From Deltaproteobacteria bacterium (GTDB lineage Bacteria > Desulfobacterota > GWC2-55-46 > JAJCZF01), in the NCBI GenBank assembly GCA_029262535.1, contig JAJCZF010000073.1, positions 3,870 to 67,869 of the forward strand: 64,000 nt of DNA. The letters are read 5' to 3'. The notes beneath the pieces were generated by a model. That model was not told where the DNA came from. It did not search any database and worked only from the letters and a program-made list of their open reading frames with translations. A program made the translations under genes and the position numbers. Shown one piece after another: positions 57,003 through 64,000 of this stretch (within the stretch, counting starts at the first letter, position 1; each line of letters opens with the position of its first letter).

Positions 57003-57178
57003 TAAGATATACTTTAGAATATCTCCCTCCTGAATAGCGCGTTTCTACTAGCGGTTAACAGGTTCGACCTCGACTTCTTCCTCCACGTACTACGCACGTG
57101 CGGCTTCTAAAAACTTCTTCTTCCGCGAAATTGGCCCCACACATCGTGTGGCGCGAAATTGGCCGCGCATCCTATGCG

Positions 57179-57646
57179 CTAGCAGGTCAGGTGAAAGCCC
57201 GCCGCGGTTCTTACTCCGCCTGCGCGTTCGTTAAATATCTTTACCGCTTCGGGGGTCGGTACGGCTATAAGCTCAATGCCGGCCCTCTTAATTAGCGCCG
57301 TCGCGTCGGAGCGCACGCGGACGCGGTTCTTTTCGCCGGTGCCTATGATCAGGAGCTTTACATGAGCGCCTAGCGCTGCGGCTACGTCACTCGCCGTGAC
57401 TTCGTGACCCTTGGGACGCCACCACTTGGCAAGTACCTTATACTCCTGTCCCGATATGGCCGGGTCCGGGTCGGGCAAAATAACGAGATCGGAGCTATAT
57501 TCCTTACCCTGGATGACCATCTTGCCGAAAGAGAAGGAATCGATAAAGTTGATCGGCGGCGCGGGCGCGGCAGCGGCATCCGCAACCTCTCTCAAAAGCT
57601 CCGCAATCGGGTTATAGTTCGGATCGTTCGGCGTTAAGCCACTCAT
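57179..57646 (-). CDS. Mth938-like (DUF498/DUF598) protein
   Basis: IDSFSFGKMVIQG..Y..D, WWR..GH, LIIGTG, T.EAV..FN, FHLTC. Confidence 0.88.
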   Translation of the reverse strand: MSGLTPNDPNYNPIAELLREVADAAAAPAPPINFIDSFSFGKMVIQGKEYSSDLVILPDPDPAISGQEYKVLAKWWRPKGHEVTASDVAAALGAHVKLLIIGTGEKNRVRVRSDATALIKRAGIELIAVPTPEAVKIFNERAGGVRTAAGFHLTC

Positions 57647-57675
57647 CCCAAAGTTCCTTTCTATCTACAAAAGAG

Positions 57676-58992
<1,317 letters not shown>

Positions 58993-59229
58993 TTATAGCC
59001 CATGTCCGAAAGGAAATAAATGGAAATATTACGCGGATTTAGGAAAAAACTAGGGGTAAAAAAGGGTATTGAAAAAGGTTATTATATATGGAAAGTTAGG
59101 GCGATAAGTTCAAGTAAAATGGTGAGTGCAAAAGAGACTTCCGTCGAGGCTCGGCAAGAGAACAAGCGCTACTGCGACATTTACGCAGGGCCTTCTCTAC
59201 CATCTCCTTGAGTTCGTCGCCCAAATAGG

Positions 59230-59505
59230 GTTTTATAATAAAGTCTGTAAACTTCAAATGGCTTGCGCGTGAATAATATGTCGTTTAAGGCATGGGCTGA
59301 GACGAAGACCACCGGCATCTTAAGTCTATTTATAATCTTCCCGGCGGCTTAGATACCGTCCATCTCGCCCTTGAGCACGATATCCATTAGGACCATATCC
59401 GGCCTTAATTCTTCGGCTAAAGAGATCGGCTCTTAGGCGGTAACGGCAGTACCGGCAACTTCGTAGCCCATGGATTCAAGCTTGCTTCTAAGGGCCGTCC
59501 TGATT
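59230..59505 (-). pseudogene. Response-regulator receiver pseudogene
   Basis: LESMGYEVAGTAVTA*EPISLAEELRPDMVLMDIVLKGEMDGI*AAGKI...PVVFVSAH, with in-frame TAA at 59433 and 59349; N-terminus missing. Confidence 0.85.
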
Positions 59506-59606
59506 CGGAAAAAGCGCCTCCATACCGGACAAAGACAAAGAATATAAAGAGCGCTCCCTTTCCCTTTAGCTGACCCTTTTTTATCTGTCATTCGGCTTTG
59601 TGAAAA

Positions 59607-59643
59607 AAGAAGGCCCTGCGGATTAAATCCGCAGGGCCTTCTT
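59607..59643 (-). terminator. Strong intrinsic terminator
   Basis: 17-bp perfect stem AAGAAGGCCCTGCGGAT/ATCCGCAGGGCCTTCTT followed by a T run on the minus strand. Confidence 0.85.
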
Positions 59644-59743
59644 AAATTCCTTTCTCCCGACCGCATTCCCTCACCGGGTCGGGACCTTTATCTATCCCGG
59701 ACTTAACCTTGCTGTCCGGGTTTGGTAGTTTTGGTTTTAGCGT

Positions 59744-59902
59744 TTAGGGCTCGCATATATCGGTGCTGTTTGCAGAGTCCTCGTAGGTTGCGTCGTGTGC
59801 GCCGCTGCTTGACGTTCTTGCTTTCTCCGGGTGTCCGTCAAATTCGCCTACTACGTTCGGGATATCAATGTTGCGTTCGATGTCGAGATTACCTTTTGTC
59901 AT
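59744..59902 (-). CDS. Candidate 52-aa small protein inside a structured transcript
   Basis: Strong RBS GAGGTGG-aaaaa-ATG; MTKGNLDIERNIDIPNVVGEFDGHPEKARTSSSGAHDATYEDSANSTDICEP. Confidence 0.45.
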   Translation of the reverse strand: MTKGNLDIERNIDIPNVVGEFDGHPEKARTSSSGAHDATYEDSANSTDICEP

Positions 59903-60404
59903 TTTTTCCACCTCGCTAATTAGCTTCGGCGGCCTTGAGTAACAAGTTCTGTTGCGTTCCTCCCCAAGGCCCACCGAAGAGGTCTGGATCTTCTTCAATA
60001 TATTATCTTCGCCCCTCGGAGCGAAGTTTCTTATATCGTGCAAAAGACATTTCTGTCGGACTATGTAGGTCCGAACGGTATTGTTTGTCTTAAATTCATT
60101 ATACACCTCTTTTTCATCTTTGCATAGCCCCCTATGGTTTTATTTTCATCTGAGACAAGAAAAAGTCAAGCCATTTAGATATAAGCCGGTCGCTTCGCTT
60201 TATAATGTTTAGAAGCTTTTTTATGCTTATATTGCATACGGACCGATGGCGCGCTCTTTTCCGTTATCTTTAGCTATTTGAGAAAAACGATAAAAATCAT
60301 TGTTTTCATGACTTAAATGCTTGACTGTAATAGAAATATATGGCTAAATCTACTTTGATTGTAAAGTCTTACCCCTATACCCATAACGGAGTCTATTTTA
60401 ACGT

Positions 60405-62138
60405 ATGTTCCTGCCCAACACAAAGGTCCTGCTGGCCGAAACCGGCTCTTCACAGAGCGCCTCTATCAGAGGGCTGCTCGACATGCAGGAGATGACGGTC
60501 CTTACGTGCGGCGACGGCATCGAGACCGTTAAACGCGCCTACTCCGACAACCCGGACATCATAATCCTTGAGACCGGCATTTCGCGCCTCGACGGATTTC
60601 ATGTGGCGCGTATTCTAAAAAACGACCCCTTTCTACAAAAGATTCCTCTCATAGTCGTAGGCACAAAGACGGAACCAGCCGACAGGTTTTGGGCGAACGC
60701 CTCAGGCGCGGACTTTTACCTTGACCGCCCGGTAGACGCCGAAGAGCTTGCCGAAGCCTTTAAAGAGATCTTTGTAAAACGCGCCATTAGAGGCGACAGG
60801 TTAAAACCGGCCTCAATCACGCCTCTGCTCGACGATACCGCGGTGCTCGCAATGGCCGCCGGCATATTGGAAAAGAACCATTTCAAGGCGGTAGTCATAA
60901 ACGAACTCCACGCGATGGGGCAAGGGGCCGCCTCCGGCCCCGAACTCTTTAAGGGCGTTATGGGACTGCTCAGCTCTCTCTATAACTTCTCTGTCGGCGC
61001 GGTGCTCGTTAGCTGCCCCGCGGAAGGCGACATATACTATTATAAGAACCAGACACTAGACGAGACGCGCCTGAAGCAGATTCGCGCAAATATATTAAGG
61101 TCACTACAGGGGCGCGGTCATATCTACCCCGCTCATGCCGAACTGCTCGATATCGAATTCGACGCTGACGATCTCTCCTCCGAACTAGTCAGGGACTGTA
61201 ATCTCCATGTCCATAAAGGTCAAGCCGCTACACGCGCCGTGCTCGCTCTCGACAATCTCGACATAGAGAGCCTCGACGAAGATGGCAGGGCCACGCTCGA
61301 TTCCATTCTGGACGGCGCCGCTCTCGTCATGGACACATACTATACGCATGAAACGATAAAGAGGCTCTCCATAATAGATACTGTGACCGACTCAAGCGCA
61401 CGCGGCCTCTTCCTGCGAAGCTTAGGGCGCGAGATGACGCGGGCGCGAGCGGCGGGCCTGGGGCTTACGGCCTTTACCATAGCGGTCTCCAACAAGATAC
61501 CAAAAGAAAAAGAAGCAGCCCTCTCATATGTGCTGACGCACACGATAATGGGCTCTATCAGTAAATCAAATATAGTCGCGCGCACAGGCCCTGCCGAGTT
61601 CGCCTTTATTATGTCCGGTTCTCCGTACGATAAGGTCCTAACCTACCAAAAGGGCATTGCCAACCTCCTTAGCTCAAGGGCCGAGGCTGTTGTCGGGGCG
61701 CCTGTCGAAATATCAATAGGAAACGCCTCTTACGACGGATCCATGAAGCTCACACCCGAGAGTCTTCTCGACGAGGCCGCGCCAAAGGGGCTCTCTGAAC
61801 TAGCGGCGATATCACCCGCTGAGGATGGCCCGGTTGAAGAAATTGTAGCACAAGAGGCTCCGGCAGAAGAGATTCAGCCTGAAGAAGTTCAACCGGATGG
61901 ACCTCCTGTTGAAGCGCCTGTCGAACCTGAAAACTCTAGTGAACCGAAAGACGAAGCAGGCGACGAACTTGACCTCGGCGAGACGGCCGAAGAGGAGGGT
62001 GAAGAGGGGCTCTCCGAAGACTGGCTCGGCGAAGAGAATAACGACTCGGATGACGACTCGGATATCGGTGACGACATACTCTCCGGCCTCGAAGAACTCC
62101 TGGAAGGCGACGACACCAACGAAGACGAAAAAGAGTAG
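60405..62138 (+). CDS. Pseudo-receiver plus degenerate GGDEF-domain protein with acidic tail
   Basis: REC fold with the phospho-Asp replaced (PDIIILE) and KP changed to RP; SIIDTVT; ARTGPAEF instead of ARxGGDEF; D/E-rich C-terminus. Confidence 0.75.
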   Translation: MFLPNTKVLLAETGSSQSASIRGLLDMQEMTVLTCGDGIETVKRAYSDNPDIIILETGISRLDGFHVARILKNDPFLQKIPLIVVGTKTEPADRFWANASGADFYLDRPVDAEELAEAFKEIFVKRAIRGDRLKPASITPLLDDTAVLAMAAGILEKNHFKAVVINELHAMGQGAASGPELFKGVMGLLSSLYNFSVGAVLVSCPAEGDIYYYKNQTLDETRLKQIRANILRSLQGRGHIYPAHAELLDIEFDADDLSSELVRDCNLHVHKGQAATRAVLALDNLDIESLDEDGRATLDSILDGAALVMDTYYTHETIKRLSIIDTVTDSSARGLFLRSLGREMTRARAAGLGLTAFTIAVSNKIPKEKEAALSYVLTHTIMGSISKSNIVARTGPAEFAFIMSGSPYDKVLTYQKGIANLLSSRAEAVVGAPVEISIGNASYDGSMKLTPESLLDEAAPKGLSELAAISPAEDGPVEEIVAQEAPAEEIQPEEVQPDGPPVEAPVEPENSSEPKDEAGDELDLGETAEEEGEEGLSEDWLGEENNDSDDDSDIGDDILSGLEELLEGDDTNEDEKE

Positions 62139-62248
62139 AAATCACTTTAGTAAAATGCTATTATAGACTTGATTTTCATCCCAATTCAACTTGATTTAGT
62201 GACCGACTTTACAAACCGGTCTAACACATAATAAAGGGGCAAGGCAGG

Positions 62249-64000
62249 ATGGATAAACAGCCGAAGATCAAGATCGGAGACCTCTTCGTCAGAGAGGGGT
62301 ACATTACCGAAGAACAACTTGACGAAGCGCTCATAGCCCAGAAGGCCTACTCCGAGTATGTGCCTCTCGGCGAAGTTTGCGCCAGGCTAAAATTCCTTTC
62401 GAGGGTAGACCTCCGAAAGATCCTTCGCACCTTCCAAAAACATATCTTCCTCGGAGAACTGCTCGTCAACATGGGTCTGGTCACAGAGAACCAGATGGAG
62501 CAGGCCCTCAAGATTCAAAAAGAAGAGAAAAAGAAGATCGGCATCATACTGGTCGATAAGGGTTTTCTCTCCGCCCCGGAGCTTGTGGACACCCTCTCCA
62601 TCCAGCTCGGCATACCGAAGATAACGCCGGACATAAAACTCATAGACACACGCCTCATGAAGGATCTGAACCAGTCCTTCCTCTTTAAGAACGAATTCAT
62701 CCCGGCCTTTAAAGAAGGCAATACGCTGACCGTCATCATGGCAGACCCGCTCGACGACGACACGCTGCAGGTGCTTGGCAGCTTCTTTCACTGCAAGATA
62801 GAGCCCGCGATATCGACCAAGAGCGAGATCGTCAGCGCCATAAGCCAGTACTTTCACAAGATCGAACTCGGCGGCGGCGCAATCGTTGCGACAGACTCGG
62901 ATATAAAAGACCTTGTCATCGGCGGCACAGACCTGCGCGACCAGTCTGGCGACTCTATTGTCGAGATCGTCAACTTCCTCATATCGAGCGCCATATCCGA
63001 AGAAGCGAGCGACATCCATATCGAACCGCAAGAGGCCTCTCTACGTGTTCGCTACCGCATCGACGGCATACTACATCACAAAACCGACCTTCCAAGATCG
63101 ATCATAAGGCCGCTTATATCGCGTATCAAGGTCCTTTGCGGCCTCGACATATCCGAAAAGAGACGCCACCAGGACGGCAGGATCGAAGCGCGCGTCATGG
63201 GCAAAGAGATCGACCTTCGCGTATCGACCTACGCCTCCATGTGGGGCGAAAATGTCGTCATACGAATTCTGCACCGCCAGAGCGCACTGATCGACATCGA
63301 CGAGTTGGGTTTTTCTCCCGTCAATAGAGAGCGGTATATGAAGCTGCTCGACTACCCGTCCGGCATCATCCTCGCCACGGGTCCGACTGGCTCCGGTAAG
63401 ACCACTACGCTCTACGCATCGATTACATACCTGAACGGTATGGACAAGATGATAATCACGGTCGAAGACCCGGTCGAGTATACGATCGAAGGCGTTGTGC
63501 AGGGCAGGATCGACAGCAAGCTCGGCCTCTCCTACATGGACTTTCTCAAGTCGATGATGCGTCAGGACCCCGACGTGCTCATGATCGGCGAGATCCGCGA
63601 CCCTGTCGCTGCCGAGGCCGCCATTCAGGCCGCCCTTACCGGACATAAGGTCTTTAGCACATTCCATACAGACGACACCACGGGCGCGCTCTTGCGCCTT
63701 ATGGATATGGGTATAGACACATTCCTTATCTCATCGACCGTCGTATCGGTCCTTAGCCAGAGGCTCGTCAGGATATTATGTCCCAAGTGTAAAGAACGTT
63801 ACACGCCTGACAAGGCCATACTCGGCTCATTCTCCATCCACTCTATAGATGTGGATAGATATACTTTCTACAGGCCGAAGGGTTGCTCCTACTGCGGACA
63901 CTCCGGCTTCAAGGGGCGTACCGCCATACACGAACTACTGGTCGTAAACGACGCCATCAGGGACGCAATCCTTGCGCGTCAACCCTCAACCCATATTCGC
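62249..64000 (+). CDS. PilB/GspE/MshE-family secretion/pilus assembly ATPase, partial (runs off window)
   Basis: Manual translation: KIGDLFVREGYITEEQLDEALIAQ, FLGELLVNMGLVTENQMEQALKIQ (MshEN), ASDIHIEP, GPTGSGKTTT, RQDPDVLMIGEIRD, CPKC/CSYC. Confidence 0.93.
   Translation, partial: MDKQPKIKIGDLFVREGYITEEQLDEALIAQKAYSEYVPLGEVCARLKFLSRVDLRKILRTFQKHIFLGELLVNMGLVTENQMEQALKIQKEEKKKIGIILVDKGFLSAPELVDTLSIQLGIPKITPDIKLIDTRLMKDLNQSFLFKNEFIPAFKEGNTLTVIMADPLDDDTLQVLGSFFHCKIEPAISTKSEIVSAISQYFHKIELGGGAIVATDSDIKDLVIGGTDLRDQSGDSIVEIVNFLISSAISEEASDIHIEPQEASLRVRYRIDGILHHKTDLPRSIIRPLISRIKVLCGLDISEKRRHQDGRIEARVMGKEIDLRVSTYASMWGENVVIRILHRQSALIDIDELGFSPVNRERYMKLLDYPSGIILATGPTGSGKTTTLYASITYLNGMDKMIITVEDPVEYTIEGVVQGRIDSKLGLSYMDFLKSMMRQDPDVLMIGEIRDPVAAEAAIQAALTGHKVFSTFHTDDTTGALLRLMDMGIDTFLISSTVVSVLSQRLVRILCPKCKERYTPDKAILGSFSIHSIDVDRYTFYRPKGCSYCGHSGFKGRTAIHELLVVNDAIRDAILARQPSTHIR

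Noticed and set aside
59230-59505. Stop-codon read-through or alternative genetic code
   Set aside because: Both stops are TAA, which terminates many normal genes here, and the N-terminus is also missing, so this is ordinary decay.
59744-60106. 120-aa ORF from the ORF track
   Set aside because: Its GTG start is part of an RBS-like GAGGTG and its 5' half crosses several hairpins; the internal ATG at 59902 has the better RBS.
59600-60110. tmRNA, RNase P RNA, 6S RNA or c-di-GMP riboswitch
   Set aside because: No tRNA-like ends or tag peptide, no GAGGAAAGTCC/ACAGAA..CGGCTTA pair and no GEMM core found; kept only as an unknown structured candidate.
62387-63667. Minus-strand ORFs of 214 and 198 aa
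   Set aside because: They are antisense shadows of the PilB/GspE gene, which the track missed because it has no stop in the window.

Overview
Bacterial chromosomal window of moderate GC. Gene content and order look deltaproteobacterial (Desulfobacterota-like); this is inference only. 1-21 kb (minus strand): a complete basal-body/hook/export flagellar cluster (flgBC-fliEFGHIJ-MotE-like-fliK-flgDE, then fliLMNOPQR-flhB partial), preceded by a TPR protein, a PAS histidine kinase and a sigma54 response regulator. Three clear sigma54 (-24/-12) promoters and FleQ-like GTC-N8-GAC boxes are present. 21-32 kb: AEC transporter, SsuABC/TauABC-type ABC importer, TPR lipoprotein, two-subunit pyruvate carboxylase, two tandem hemerythrins, TIGR02757 protein. 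32-37.6 kb: small membrane/secreted genes with several frameshifted remnants. 37.6-47.9 kb, the most interesting part: two paralogous Ser/Thr-rich PEP-CTERM surface proteins with unusually long, internally repeated leaders lie directly upstream of a 1065-aa cytoplasmic fusion of an alkaline-phosphatase-superfamily domain, TPRs and a PAPS-type sulfotransferase. This is a candidate dedicated surface-protein modification system. Nearby are an acyltransferase-3, an SGNH protein and a triheme cytochrome. 48-64 kb: ffh-rpsP-rimM-trmD-rplS-rnhB-yraN, a split spermidine-synthase-like membrane protein, a CNNM/HlyC protein, eno, a receiver pseudogene, a hairpin-dense candidate RNA/small-ORF locus, a pseudo-receiver/degenerate GGDEF protein and a partial PilB/GspE ATPase with tandem MshEN motifs. 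A dispersed ~65-bp intergenic element (hairpin, TTTCGCG, fixed-length variable core, CCGCG) occurs more than a dozen times. No rRNA, tRNA or CRISPR array was recognised.
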